A stretch of 64,000 nt of DNA from an uncultured Verrucomicrobiae bacterium (GCA_963788655.1 CAWBHS010000076.1:128001-192000), one strand, 5' to 3'. Shown: positions 30,765 through 43,752, counted from the first letter of the stretch. Notes: a model not told the origin generated them from the letters alone. Numbers and translations: made by a program.

Positions 30765-31207
30765 TCAGGCGGCCACGTTGAAAAGAAAGTCCTCGTCGAG
30801 AATCAGAAGGGTTTGCTGGTTCTTTAATCGCTGCCCGACCCGCCACGCCATTCCGGGTACTCGCCTGGGCCAACCCCACCGGCAATGCTTCAATGTTCTC
30901 TTCCGGAATCGGCTCCACCGCCTCCGCCAAGTCAGCACTGAAAGCCAGTGAACCATTACCGCGGGACAAAACAATGGCCAACTCCCGATGCCCTTCCGTC
31001 AATATGCGCCGCGATTCCTCGAACCGCCGGATCAACGCTGCCAACTCGCGGTTGCGGCGGGAGGCGATTAATTCGAGCGCCCCATCGGTATCGCCACAAT
31101 CGGCCCGGCGCAGCGCCTCGTCCGCCGTGGCATGAATTTGTTGATGGGGTGCCTCCATGCTGGGCAGCGTCATGCGCAGCAGCCGGTCTTCATCAGCAAG
31201 GGCGCGT
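30765..31207 (-). pseudogene. Truncated CZB-containing CheW-like gene relic
   Basis: EAPHQQIHATADE (CZB HxxxH helix), RELAIVL..LAFSADLAEAVEPI, frameshift to TLLILDEDFLF*; in-frame stop upstream. Confidence 0.6.
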
Positions 31208-31329
31208 TAATGAAGCCTCGACTTTCGAGGGCGAGTGCTTACGTGCAATAACTGCGAGCGAAAAGCGGCTGTGATCCACGGTTCGCGGTTGGAGCTTTGA
31301 CTTCAGCACGGTGCAGGCGGGGCTCGATT

Positions 31330-33325
31330 CTAGGAATGCTTGAAATCCCCTTCCATCTGTAGTTCCACCCCGTTGACCACTCCACGAGTTTCAGACTGAG
31401 GCAGGATGCGGCGCCCGTTGCCGGCGCCGTAAGGTTTCACAATCATGGGGCCGATCAGATTGGAGGACTCCGCGCCGGTTGCCGCCACGTTGGGGGCGCT
31501 TGGGGGAGAACCGGTGGCCGGCCCGCGATGCCCGTCCACCATCTGTCGCAATTCGAGCACCACCTGTTTGACCGCCTCGGCCTGGCCGACCAGTTCCTGC
31601 GCGGCGCTCGCGCTTTCTTCGGCGACTGCGGCGTTGTTTTGACTCACCTGGTCCAATTGGCTGACAGCAGTTTGAATGTGGGTGATGCCCTGGCTTTGTT
31701 CTTTCGACGCCAACGTGATCTGCCCCATCATCGTGTCCAGGGAATTGATCGCTTGTACAATGTCATTAAAGCCGGCCCGGACCTTTTGGGCGGTGGCATC
31801 AATTTCCGCCAGCCGCTGGACGACTTTCTCGCTCTCGTTCACGCTCTGGTCACTGCGCTGGAGGGAAACCTGGATTTTGGAAGCCGTGTCTTTGGCGGCG
31901 GCGGCGCTGCGCTGGGCGAGGTTGCGCACTTCGTCGGCCACCACGGCGAAGCCCATGCCGGCCTCGCCCGCCCGGGCCGCCTCCACCGCGGCGTTCAAGG
32001 CCAGCAGATTCGTCTGAAACGCGATCTCGTCAATGGTCTTGAGAATCTTGGCCACCTCCTGGCTGGAGCCGTGCATCTCCCGCACCACCCGGTCCATTTC
32101 GGCCACGGCGGTTTTGATGCCTTCCACCGTACCCTGCATTTCCTGCAATCGTTCGCGACCACGATCAGCCGCCGCGCGGGACTCGTGACTGAGGCGCTGG
32201 CTTTGGGCGGCGTGTTCGGCATTCCGCTGGGTCATCGTCGTCATTTCCTCGAGCGAGGCGCTGGTTTCCTGCAGCGACGCCGCCTGTTCGCTGGCGCCCT
32301 CGGCCAGTTTCTGGCTGGCGATGGACACCTGGCCGGACGCCTCGGCGCTTTGCTCCGCGCCCTCGGCCAATCGGCCGGCGAGGCCTTGAATGTTGAGGAA
32401 CACCGAGCGCGTCCCCCACCAGACCGTGCCGGTGATGACCCCCAGCGCGGCCAGGATCATCCAGATCGAGGCGTGTTTCATCGGCGCCAGTCCCGCCAGG
32501 AACTCCGCGCGGGGCGCGATGGCCATGACGAGCCAGTGCTTGCGATCATACGTCGCGAACTGGGCCACTTTGGCTTCGCCTTTGAACACGTATTCACTGC
32601 GCCCATTGCGTTGGGCCAGGATCGTTTTGCCAAAGTCGGTACTTGGAAATGTTGACCTTGAGAATGAAGTCCAGGTCCTTGTGCGCGAGCGTCAAACCGG
32701 AGCGGTCGGTGATCGCCACATAGCCGGATTTCCCGATGGTAATATCGCGGAGAAACGCCGTGGAAAAGGCGTTCAATTCGACGGGGGTGCCGACCATGCC
32801 CACCACCCGGTGCTGTTCATCGGTAATGGGCGCGGTGATCAGCACCACGGGACGACCGGTGGCCGGCGATTGCTGGGCGTCACCCACCCAAGCCTCTCCC
32901 GCCAGCGCCTTCTGCACGTTGATGGCGTAGGCGGGGAGCTTGCCGACTTCAATGCCTACGGATTTTCCCGCAATTGAATCCAGGAAGATGGTGCCGTTGG
33001 TGTCGGCGAGGAAGACGTTTTCATACACGGGATGAAGCTGGTGAAACGTCGCCAACCGCGCTTTGGCGTCATCCAATTGCCGCCCGGCGCAAGCCGTCTC
33101 GAACCCGGGATCGCCACTCAAGAACTCCGCTTGGCTTTCTCGATCTGCCACCCATTGCTCCAACTCGCGCAACGCCTGTTGCACGGTGGCGGCGAGATGT
33201 TGGTCCTGCTCATGGAGGATTGAGCGCGAGGCAATGCGATACGCGTTGAACACGATTCCCATCATGATGAGGAGCATCAGCGGGGTGAGGGTGAAAATCA
33301 GTTTGGTACGAAAGTTAAACTTCAT
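31330..33325 (-). CDS. Methyl-accepting chemotaxis protein, dCache sensor (one frameshift near 32638)
   Basis: [34 protein letters not shown], shift at KY/DFG; MCP tip; ends DFKHS. Confidence 0.9.
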
Positions 33326-33429
33326 ATTTCGCTAAACAGGAAAGATGGGCGCGGTACCGATGCTCTGCGGCGGGAAACGTCGTTGCCCATACGCGGAAAA
33401 AGGTACCATCACCGGATGTTGGAGTGCGT

Positions 33430-35160
33430 CTAAAAGTCTTTGAAATCACCGTCCATGGGAATGTCGCCGCCGGTGACGACCCCGGCGACCTTGGGTTGCG
33501 TTCGGCGGCCGTGGCCGTGGCCGTTGGCGGAGCGCTTGACATACATTGGCTTCAACGGTTTCGGAGCGGTCATGGCGGTAGCGGGGCGGCTGATCGTCGG
33601 GGCATGGCGGGCTTCATGAGCCGTGGCTTGCTTGCCTTCCACCGTTTGGGTCAATTCGACGGAAACCTGGTTGACCGTGGCTGCCTGCGCCGCCAATTCC
33701 TGCGCGGCGCTCGAACTTTCCTCGGCCACCGCGGCGTTGCTCTGACTCACCTGGTCCAATTGGCTGACGGCAGTTTGGATGTGCGCGATGCCCTGGGTTT
33801 GTTCCTTCGACGCCATGGCCACCTGGCTGATCATCGTGTCCAACGAAGTAATGCGGCTCACGATGTCCTGGAAACCGCTTTCCACCTTTTGGGCGGTGCC
33901 TTCCACTTCGGCCAGGCTCTTGACCACCTTTTCACTGACGCCCACACTTTGGGTGCTGCGCGCCAACGACACCTGGATTTTTTCGGCAGTGTCTTTGGCG
34001 GCGGCGGCGCTGCGTTGGGCCAGGCTGCGCACTTCATCGGCGACAACCGCGAAGCCCATGCCCGCTTCGCCGGCGCGGGCGGCCTCGACGGCGGCGTTCA
34101 ATGCCAGCAAATTGGTTTGAAACGCGATCTCGTCAATCGTCTTGAGAATCTTGCTGACTTCCTGACTGGACCCGTGCATTTCGCCGACCACGGTCGTCAT
34201 TTCGGCCACGGCCGCTTTGATGCCTTCCAGGGTGTGGCGCATTTCCTGCAGCCGTTCCAATCCAGCATCGGCGGCCTGGCGGGATTGCTGGCTGAGGTCT
34301 TTGCCCTGCGTGGAATGCTCGGAATTGCGTTGGGTCATGGTAGCCATTTCCTCGAGCGAAGCGCTGGTCTCCTCCAGCGAGGCCGCTTGCTCGCTGGCGC
34401 CTTCGGCCAGTTTCTGGCTCGCGGCCGATACCTGCGAGGCGGCGGATACCGTCTGGTCCGACGAAGCCGCCAGTTTCTGGATGCTCTCCTTGATCGCCGT
34501 CATCAGTCGCGTCGTGGAACGGGTCGTCCAGAGGGCGGCGCCCAGTCCGCAGAGACCGCCGAAGCCCAGCAGTAGCAGGCACCAAAGGCGCAAACGCTGG
34601 TAACGCGCCGCCGCCGCGTCGTACTCTTTGCCGGCCACCCGCAATTGCAAATCGACCAACTGCCCGATCTTGGCCGTGACCGGATCGATGTCCGTGTAGA
34701 GCGGGCCGTCGAATTGGGCAAGTTGGTCCTTGAGGCTGCCAGTGTGGGTGGACAGGAACTTGTCCAACTCAGCCACCGCTTTATCCGCGGAGACAAACAA
34801 CGTTTTCAATTCCTCGGCCAACCGGCTTTCCTCGGGAGTCAATACGGTGGCCATGTAGGCGTTCCAGTTGGTTTGGATTTGCTGACCCGCCTCGCGCATG
34901 CTGCCCAGCGCCTGTTGGGCGGTGAACACGCCGGCGTTGGCCTTGTTGATCGCATCGATGATCAGCACCGCGTAGGCGTCGGAAATACTCTTGAGTTGCT
35001 CCAAGGGCACCACCCGATCGTTATAGACCGTTTCCAGGCCTTGCTGCGTTTGCCGCAGGCCCTTGAGCCCCAACAAGCCGGACGCCAGGGCGATGGCCGC
35101 CAGCAACAAGCTGGGACCGATGAATTTGACAGACATTTTGCTGAACAGGGCGATTTTCAT
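33430..35160 (-). CDS. Methyl-accepting chemotaxis protein, four-helix-bundle sensor
   Basis: [33 protein letters not shown] tip; ends DFKDF. Confidence 0.93.
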   Translation of the reverse strand: MKIALFSKMSVKFIGPSLLLAAIALASGLLGLKGLRQTQQGLETVYNDRVVPLEQLKSISDAYAVLIIDAINKANAGVFTAQQALGSMREAGQQIQTNWNAYMATVLTPEESRLAEELKTLFVSADKAVAELDKFLSTHTGSLKDQLAQFDGPLYTDIDPVTAKIGQLVDLQLRVAGKEYDAAAARYQRLRLWCLLLLGFGGLCGLGAALWTTRSTTRLMTAIKESIQKLAASSDQTVSAASQVSAASQKLAEGASEQAASLEETSASLEEMATMTQRNSEHSTQGKDLSQQSRQAADAGLERLQEMRHTLEGIKAAVAEMTTVVGEMHGSSQEVSKILKTIDEIAFQTNLLALNAAVEAARAGEAGMGFAVVADEVRSLAQRSAAAAKDTAEKIQVSLARSTQSVGVSEKVVKSLAEVEGTAQKVESGFQDIVSRITSLDTMISQVAMASKEQTQGIAHIQTAVSQLDQVSQSNAAVAEESSSAAQELAAQAATVNQVSVELTQTVEGKQATAHEARHAPTISRPATAMTAPKPLKPMYVKRSANGHGHGRRTQPKVAGVVTGGDIPMDGDFKDF

Positions 35161-35214
35161 GAGGAAGGGGGAAGGGCAGGTTTTGTGGGGATGTTCATTA
35201 TGGGGAAGGGAGGA

Positions 35215-35394
35215 GAAATCCGAAGGCCGAAAGCCGACATCCGAATGAAATCCGAAGGACCGAAATGGAAAGGCGCGTCGGTTGCTGTCGCTGTTTCTTC
35301 ACTGGGCTGGCTGGCCAACGGGATCCGTGGGCACCGTTTGGAACTGGTGACATTGCGGCTTGGAAATGCTTTCGGATTTCGGCCTTCGGATTTC
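35215..35394. repeat. Inverted pair of heptamer-repeat tracts (CCGAAAT/CCGAAGG type)
   Basis: GAAATCCGAAGGCCGAAA at 35215 and TTTCGGCCTTCGGATTTC ending 35394; similar tracts near 8341-8500, 21071-21200, 36070, 36310, 60036-60078. Confidence 0.7.
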
Positions 35395-35405
35395 GGGTTT
35401 TCAGC

Positions 35406-35915
35406 TTAGGCAGCCGTCAACATACTTGCTGCGGCGATGTTGGCGACGCCCACCGCTTGGTCGATGTCCAGCAGGGCCACCACGCGGGCCTTGATCTTGG
35501 CCATGCCCAGGAGATAGGCCGTATCCAATTGGGTGCCAAAATCCGGGGTGTCCTCAATGTCGGCGGCGCCAATGTTGAGGACTTCTTCCACGTCGTCAAC
35601 GACCAGGCCCATGAGAATGCGGTTCGTGGAGGCGCTTTGCACCTGCACCACGACAATGCACGTGCGTTCGGTGGTGGCCGCCTGGGGCAAACCAAACTTC
35701 AGCCGCAGGTCAATCACCGGGATGATTTTGCCGCGCAAATTGATCACGCCGCGGATGTATTCGGGCATTTGCGGCACCACCGTGATGTCGCTCTGGCGAA
35801 TGATCTCGCGAATCTTGAGCACGTCGATTCCATAGGATTCGTGGCCCAGGACAAAGGTCAGATATTTGCCGGCCAGATTGGTTTTGGCCGGCGCTTCGGT
35901 TGTCACATTGCTCAT
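35406..35915 (-). CDS. cheW: Chemotaxis coupling protein CheW
   Basis: KYLTFVLGHESYG, RGVINLRGKIIPVIDLR, GLVVDDVEEV. Confidence 0.95.
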   Translation of the reverse strand: MSNVTTEAPAKTNLAGKYLTFVLGHESYGIDVLKIREIIRQSDITVVPQMPEYIRGVINLRGKIIPVIDLRLKFGLPQAATTERTCIVVVQVQSASTNRILMGLVVDDVEEVLNIGAADIEDTPDFGTQLDTAYLLGMAKIKARVVALLDIDQAVGVANIAAASMLTAA

Positions 35916-35928
35916 CCCTGCCCGACTC

Positions 35929-35945
35929 AGCAGGAGGATTGCCAA
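35929..35945 (-). promoter_or_regulatory. Putative sigma54 promoter of cheW
   Basis: TTGGCAATCCTCCTGCT (GG-N10-GC), similar to the site at 30663. Confidence 0.5.
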
Positions 35946-36212
35946 GTTACATGGAGGGCGGAGTGGCTGTGGCAAGCAGGGGAGGGAGAATGGCCAATGG
36001 ACAATGCTCAAATCCCACCGAAGGATCAATGAGCAGTGAACCAGCGGAGTGGGAGGAGCCAAAAGCCGTAGGCCGAAAGCCGAGGTCGAAAAACTGTTTA
36101 CAGTTCGAACGGTTTCCGGGCTGACCTTACAGCAACACTTTCAAACTCAACAGGACCAACGGTCGCACTAAGATCATGCGTGGTTTTCATCCGAAGAGCG
36201 GCCCCGGGGCTG

Positions 36213-36267
36213 TTCGAAAGTGGTTGGCGAGGCGCCAACCGCGGCGCCCGGGGCGGGCGCGCTCCCC
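36213..36267. repeat. REP-like family A, half element
   Basis: GGTTGGCGAGGCGCCAACC..GCGCCCGGGGCGGGCGCGCTCCCC, near reverse complement of 26116-26170. Confidence 0.75.
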
Positions 36268-36381
36268 AACTGAATGGTTACTGCCAACGCAAGCTGGAGA
36301 TGTTGCAGGAATCGGATTTCGGATTTCCCCAACTCCCTGCGTTCGTCGCAATTCGCCCTTTGACAAACTCAAAATCTTCGC

Positions 36382-36410
36382 TTGACCTGCGGGCGGCGGC
36401 TGCATAAATT
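36382..36410 (+). promoter_or_regulatory. Sigma70-type promoter of the ilv leader
   Basis: TTGACC-N17-TAAATT. Confidence 0.65.
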
Positions 36411-36418
36411 TCCCGCCG

Positions 36419-36497
36419 ATGTTAAGAAATATTCGACTGGTGACTGGGTCTGGTAGTCGTCGTAGCCGACGGCGCCGTTGGTGCTTGTCGAAATTGA
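36419..36497 (+). CDS. ilv attenuator leader peptide (needs one base removed)
   Basis: Removing one G from ACTGGGTCTG gives [25 protein letters not shown], rich in Val/Leu/Ile. Confidence 0.65.
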
Positions 36498-36514
36498 ATT
36501 GCAATTTCAACAAG

Positions 36515-36549
36515 AACCCACGGCTGCCAAAACGGTCGTGGGTTTTTTT
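36515..36549 (+). terminator. Attenuator terminator upstream of ilvB
   Basis: AACCCACGGC..GTCGTGGGTT followed by a T run. Confidence 0.85.
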
Positions 36550-36588
36550 ATTTTGCCTGCGGCCTTCAGCCCCAACCATAGAAAGAAC

Positions 36589-38480
36589 ATGAGCAAAAGC
36601 ATTGCCGAAAAGAAAACCAAAACTGCCCGCCGTTCCCGCGCCGAGGTGGGCCGGACCATGTCGGGCAGCGACATCCTCGTCGAAGCGCTCGAGCGCGAGG
36701 GCGTGGACACCATCTTCGCCTATCCCGGCGGCGCGAGCATGGAAATCCACCAGGCGCTGACGCGGTCCAAGAAGATTCGCACCGTCCTGCCGCGCCACGA
36801 GCAAGGGGGCGCGTTCGCGGCCGAAGGCTACGCGCGGGTCACCGGCAAGGCGGGGGTGTGCATGGCCACCAGCGGCCCCGGGCGCGACGAACCTGGTCAC
36901 CGCCATCGCGGACGCTTACATGGATTCGGTGCCCATGGTGGCCATCACCGGCCAGGTGCCGCAGCACATGATCGGCAAGGGCGCGTTCCAGGAAACGGAC
37001 ATCTTCGGCATGACCCTGCCGGTGGTGAAGCACAGCTATCTGGTCACCGACATCAACGACATCCCGCGCATCGTGAAGGAGGCGTTTTACATTGCCCAGA
37101 CCGGGCGGCCCGGACCGGTGCTGATTGACTTGCCGAAGAACGTCCAGCAATCCCGCACCCAGCCGGTGTGGCCCAAGGAAGTCGAGTTGCGCGGCTATTC
37201 CCCGCGTCCCAAAGCCGAGCGACGCTGGCGCTGAACGAATCATCGGCCTGATCGAGAAATCCGAGCGGCCCGTGCTCTACTGCGGCGGCGGCATCATCAG
37301 CGGCAACGCCAGCAAGGAATTGCGCGAGTTCGTCGAAGCCACCCAGATTCCCGTGACCACCACGCTCATGGGCTGTGGCGCGTTTCCCGAGACGCACGAC
37401 TTGTCGCTGCGCTGGCTCGGCATGCATGGCGCGGCGTTTGCCAACTGGGCGGTGAACGGCGAATACGAACCGCGGCAAAAGACCGTCCGATCCGATGGGT
37501 GAAGGTCAAACACGGCGCGGATTTGCTGCTGGCGTTCGGGGTGCGTTTCGACGACCGCGTGACCGGCAAGGTCGAGGAGTTCTGCGAGCACGGGCACGAT
37601 CGTTCACATTGACATTGACCCTTCGGAGATCAACAAGAACACGCAAGGTCGCAACTGCCCGATCATCAGCGACATCAAGTATGCGCTCGCGCGCTTGAAC
37701 CGAGATGATCCGCGAACGTCCGATTCGAGAAGAAGTTCAACGGCTGGCATCGAGCAGATTGCCGAGTGGAAGGAGAAGGCGCCCTTCGGCTATCGGGTCA
37801 CCGAGGAAGTGGTCGCAGTCGCAGCACATGCAGGATCATCTCAGGGGCCGCGAAAACGAAGTCATCCTGCCGCAGATGGCCATCGAGATGCTGTACGAAT
37901 TGACCAAGGGCGAAGCCATCATCACGACCGGCGTGGGCCAGCACCAGATGTGGAGCGGCGCAGTGCTACAAGTTCAAACACCCGCGCCAGTTCGTCACCA
38001 GCGCCGGTCTGGGGTCGATGGGCTTCGGCTATCCGGCCGCGCTCGGCGCCAAAGTGGCGCGTCCGCGACAAGCAGGTGGTTGACATTGACGGCGACGGTT
38101 CGTTCCTGATGAACGTCCAGGAACTGGCCACCGCCCACATCGAGAAGATTGCCGCCAAGGCGATGATTCTGAACAACCAGCACCTCGGCATGGTGATGCA
38201 ATGGGAAGACCGCTTTTACGCGGGCAACCGCGGCCACACCTACCTCGGCGACCCGGACAAACGGAAGCTGATCTATCCGGATTACGTCGCAGTCGTGCAA
38301 CAGCTTCAACGTGAAGTGCGAGCGGGTGATGTTCCGGCAGCGACCTGCGAGCCGCCATGCAGCGAATGCTCGACGCGAAGGAGCCGTATCGTGCTGGACG
38401 TCATCGTGCCGTACACCGAACACGTGCTGCCGTTCATCCCGGCCGGCAAGACGGTGGCGGACATGATCTGGAAGGTGTAG
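36589..38480 (+). CDS. ilvB: Acetolactate synthase large subunit; many frameshifts (assembly error or pseudogene)
   Basis: [71 protein letters not shown] spread over several frames. Confidence 0.9.
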
Positions 38481-38636
38481 GCACCGGATCGATTTCGCTT
38501 CGGTTTCGGCAGGGCGGCGCGGCGGCGCCGCCCTGCGTTCTTCCAGAGGTCGGTGGTTTGCGAATGGGTCGTGCCAGCGCGGCCAATGTCCAATGCTCCC
38601 TTCGAAAAGGGCTCCGCGGCCGGCGCGTCAAACATG

Positions 38637-38772
38637 GGGAGTGCGCCTGGCTTGCCGACGCTTTCGGACGAAGGCGAGGTCGGGTTGCGCGCCCGTTGCG
38701 CTGGTATTGTTCAGGCGGGCTCCGAGCAACAGCGGGAGCAAGTTCCGCGCATTCCAAACGCGGGCGCGACCT
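38637..38772. repeat. REP-like element, family B
   Basis: GGGAGTGCGCCTGGCTTGCCGACGC...GCATTCCAAACGCGGGCGCGAC; related copy at 41553-41700. Confidence 0.6.
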
Positions 38773-38935
38773 TCGCCGACCGGTGGTCTGGTGAACTCGA
38801 ATCTCCTATAATCCATCTTTTCGCCCGGCGCGGCAAAAGAGGCACAAAATCTGGTTCGTATCCTGGATACAAGCGGTTCGCGAGGGCGGCTGCGCATACG
38901 GAAATGGAATTGAAACTGGATAAGAATTGCGAGCA

Positions 38936-41497
38936 ATGGACCGCGGCGTGTTGAAGCGGGCGAACGCCGGCGCCAAGACAACGCACCAGGAAGCACCGGC
39001 CCCTCGCCGTCTGCTGTTTGTCATCTTCGGCCTGTCGGGCGCGGCGGGGTTGATGTACGAAGTGTTGTGGGTCCGTCAGTTCACACTGGTTTTGGGCGCT
39101 TCTTCCTGCGCGGTCACCACCATTCTGGCGAGTTTCATGGCCGGGCTGGCTCTCGGTGCCTATTGGCTGGGACGCCATGCCGATGGCACCAACGAGGAAA
39201 CACTCGCCCGTTGGTATGTGGGCCTGGAAGCTGGCATCGGCGGGTATGCGTTGCTCATCCCCGGCCTGCTGGCCGGAGCGAAAGGATTGTTGCTCCCGCT
39301 TTGTTTGCGCTTCGACCCGGGCCCAATGACCTTCAACGTGGTTCGCATCGGACTGTCGTTCTGTCTGCTGCTCCTGCCGACCATGCTCATGGGCGGCACG
39401 CTGCCGGTCCTGGCCCGCTACGCCATCCGGACCCAACCAGCCATCGCACCGACCATTTCCAAGTTGTATGGAGTCAATACCCTGGGAGCCCTGGTGGGCG
39501 TGGCCGTCAGCGGGTATTTCCTGCTGCCTTGGCTGGGCACGCGCTGGACGAACGCTCTCGGTGCGGGCACGAACTTCCTGGTGGCCGCGCTCTTCTGGCG
39601 ATGGCACCGGCAGGCGCGCGGCGATGGAGTCGAGCCGTTCCGCCGGTCCACGGCGTTGCCACCTCGTCCGTCGGGATTGCATCCGAAGCTCACACTGCTG
39701 CAAACCGGGGCGCTGCTGGTGTTCGGCCTGTCGGGCGCGGCAGCCATGATTTACCAGGTGGCCTGGACCCGCACGCTGTCGTTGATGCTCGGCACAACCA
39801 CCTACGCCTTCACCACGATCGTGGCCATGTATTTGTTGGGCATCGCGTCCGGCAGTTTGATCTATGGCCAACTGCGACGCCGGGCGGAACCGGTCGCACT
39901 GATAACCGTCCTGCAATTCACGGTGGCGTTCACTGGTTTGCTCACCCTGCCGCTCTTCGAGAAGCTGCCTTTTCTCCTTCTTTCCGCCCAGCGGTGGATC
40001 AACGACTGGAGCGAACTGCAATTGGTTCGTTCGGTCCTCGCGGGGCTGCTCCTGCTGTTGCCCACCCTGGCCATGGGCGCCATGCTGCCGGCGGTGGCCG
40101 AGTTGCTGGCGGACGGCGTGGATGTGCTGGGGCGGCGGTTGGGCCGGGCTTACGCTGTCAATACCTTCGGCGCGGTGGCCGGCACGGTCGGCGCGGGATT
40201 GGTGCTGATTCCCGCCGTCGGCCTGCAGGGCACCATTCTCCTGGCGGTACTGATCAATCTGCTGGCCGGATCGGGATTGAACCTGTTGCGCGCAGAAGGC
40301 AACGTTGGCAAACGGCTGGGGCAGGCGGCGGCAGCCATCGCCGTCGTGGTCGTGCTGATTCTGCGATTGCACCCGTGGAATCCGCAAATCCTGAGCAGTG
40401 GCGTCTATGCGTACGCTGACCGTTACCTGCAAGTGGTGGAACGCGCGGAGCAAGCGGCGCCGGCCAATCCGCAGGGAAGTGACCCCGACCCGTGGACGCT
40501 GTGGGGCCAGGCGATGCGGCAATATCAGGTATTGTTCCATCGCTCGGGCCCGGCGGCCACGGTTACCGTGATGCAAAACCCGGAAGGCATTCGCTTTCTC
40601 TCCGTGGATGGGAAAACCGACGCGAGCACCAGCCTGGCGCACGATATGAAAACGCAGGTGATGCTGGCCCAGTTGCCGCTGTTGGTGCGGCCGCAAGCGC
40701 GTTCGGTATTCATGGTGGGGCTGGGCAGTGGGGTGACGGCCGGCTCAGCATTGTCGCATCCGCTGGACCAACTCCTGTGCGCGGAGTTTTCGCCGGCGGT
40801 GATTCAAGCGGCTGGTTTGTTCACCGAAGCCAATCGGGACGTCCTGAATGATCCGCGGTTGCGGCTGTTGCGCCGCGACGCCCGCAACGCCTTGCTCACC
40901 ACGGCGGCGCTATTTGACGTAATCATCGCCCAACCCTCGAATCCCTGGATCAGTGGCCAATCCGCGTTGTTCTCCCGCGAATGGTATGAAACGGTGAAGG
41001 CTCACTTGAATCCGGGCGGGCTGTTTGCCCAATGGCTGCCGGCCTATGCGATTGATCCAGCCAGCTTGCGGGTGCTCATTCACACGCTGCGCACGGTCTT
41101 TCCCGGCATCACCGTCTGGACCAGTGGGGCGGCCGGTGACGTGATCTTCCTGGCGCCGGGGCGCGGGAGGCTGGAAATCGACATGGCGGCAGCGGCCCAA
41201 TGTTTGCAATCGCCGGCGATCCGAGCCGACCTGGCCCGGCTGGGATTCGCCCCGAAGGATTTTCCGGAGCAGTTCTTTCTGATGGGGCCGCCGGGGGTGC
41301 GGGATTATCTGGGGCACGGGCAACAACCCATTGCGCTCAACACGGATGACCGGCTGATCACCGAGTTTTCCAGTCCGCGCGCGATGTTTTATCAACGCAC
41401 GGCCCCGCGGTTCGCGGAGGAGGACCAGTTGCGGCATCAGCGATTGGGAGATCTGGCGGCGTTGTTGGCGGGGAACGGCCGAAGCTCTGCCAACTGA
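38936..41497 (+). CDS. Fused MFS-like membrane domain/spermidine synthase-like protein
   Basis: Two repeats of FGLSGAA..Y(E/Q)V.W.R..L..G; VDGKTDAS, VGLGSGVTA, DARN, FDVIIAQPSNPW. Confidence 0.9.
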   Translation: MDRGVLKRANAGAKTTHQEAPAPRRLLFVIFGLSGAAGLMYEVLWVRQFTLVLGASSCAVTTILASFMAGLALGAYWLGRHADGTNEETLARWYVGLEAGIGGYALLIPGLLAGAKGLLLPLCLRFDPGPMTFNVVRIGLSFCLLLLPTMLMGGTLPVLARYAIRTQPAIAPTISKLYGVNTLGALVGVAVSGYFLLPWLGTRWTNALGAGTNFLVAALFWRWHRQARGDGVEPFRRSTALPPRPSGLHPKLTLLQTGALLVFGLSGAAAMIYQVAWTRTLSLMLGTTTYAFTTIVAMYLLGIASGSLIYGQLRRRAEPVALITVLQFTVAFTGLLTLPLFEKLPFLLLSAQRWINDWSELQLVRSVLAGLLLLLPTLAMGAMLPAVAELLADGVDVLGRRLGRAYAVNTFGAVAGTVGAGLVLIPAVGLQGTILLAVLINLLAGSGLNLLRAEGNVGKRLGQAAAAIAVVVVLILRLHPWNPQILSSGVYAYADRYLQVVERAEQAAPANPQGSDPDPWTLWGQAMRQYQVLFHRSGPAATVTVMQNPEGIRFLSVDGKTDASTSLAHDMKTQVMLAQLPLLVRPQARSVFMVGLGSGVTAGSALSHPLDQLLCAEFSPAVIQAAGLFTEANRDVLNDPRLRLLRRDARNALLTTAALFDVIIAQPSNPWISGQSALFSREWYETVKAHLNPGGLFAQWLPAYAIDPASLRVLIHTLRTVFPGITVWTSGAAGDVIFLAPGRGRLEIDMAAAAQCLQSPAIRADLARLGFAPKDFPEQFFLMGPPGVRDYLGHGQQPIALNTDDRLITEFSSPRAMFYQRTAPRFAEEDQLRHQRLGDLAALLAGNGRSSAN

Positions 41498-41552
41498 CTG
41501 TCGGCGCCCAGGAGAGTTTTAAAGGTGCCCGAAAAGAACGGTAGGTCGTCAG

Positions 41553-41700
41553 TCGCGCCCGCGTTGGGAGTGCGTCCGGCTTGCCGGCGCCATGTGTGCA
41601 AGCTGACGTGGCAAAGCCAGCGAACGCAACTGTTGACAACGAAACGTACACGTCATGCGAGAGCGGCGGAGGACCGCACGCATTTCAAAACCTGGCGGGA
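41553..41700. repeat. REP-like element, family B
   Basis: GTCGCGCCCGCGTTGGGAGTGCGTCCGGCTTGCCGGCGC, between convergent genes. Confidence 0.6.
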
Positions 41701-41784
41701 ATTCGAAAGGGCCTGCGTCGAACACCCCCGCACGGTTGTCACGCATCCGGCATCCGGGATCGCGCATCCGGCATCTCCAGTTCC

Positions 41785-43742
<1,958 letters not shown>

Positions 43743-43752
43743 CAGGCCGATT

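Noticed and set aside
35215..35402. Short repeats as a possible CRISPR array
   Set aside because: Units are 7-mers without constant-length repeats and unique spacers; no cas genes.
38747..41575. Composite transposon carrying the MFS-spermidine synthase gene
   Set aside because: The flanking inverted matches belong to self-palindromic REP-like units; no transposase or target duplication seen.
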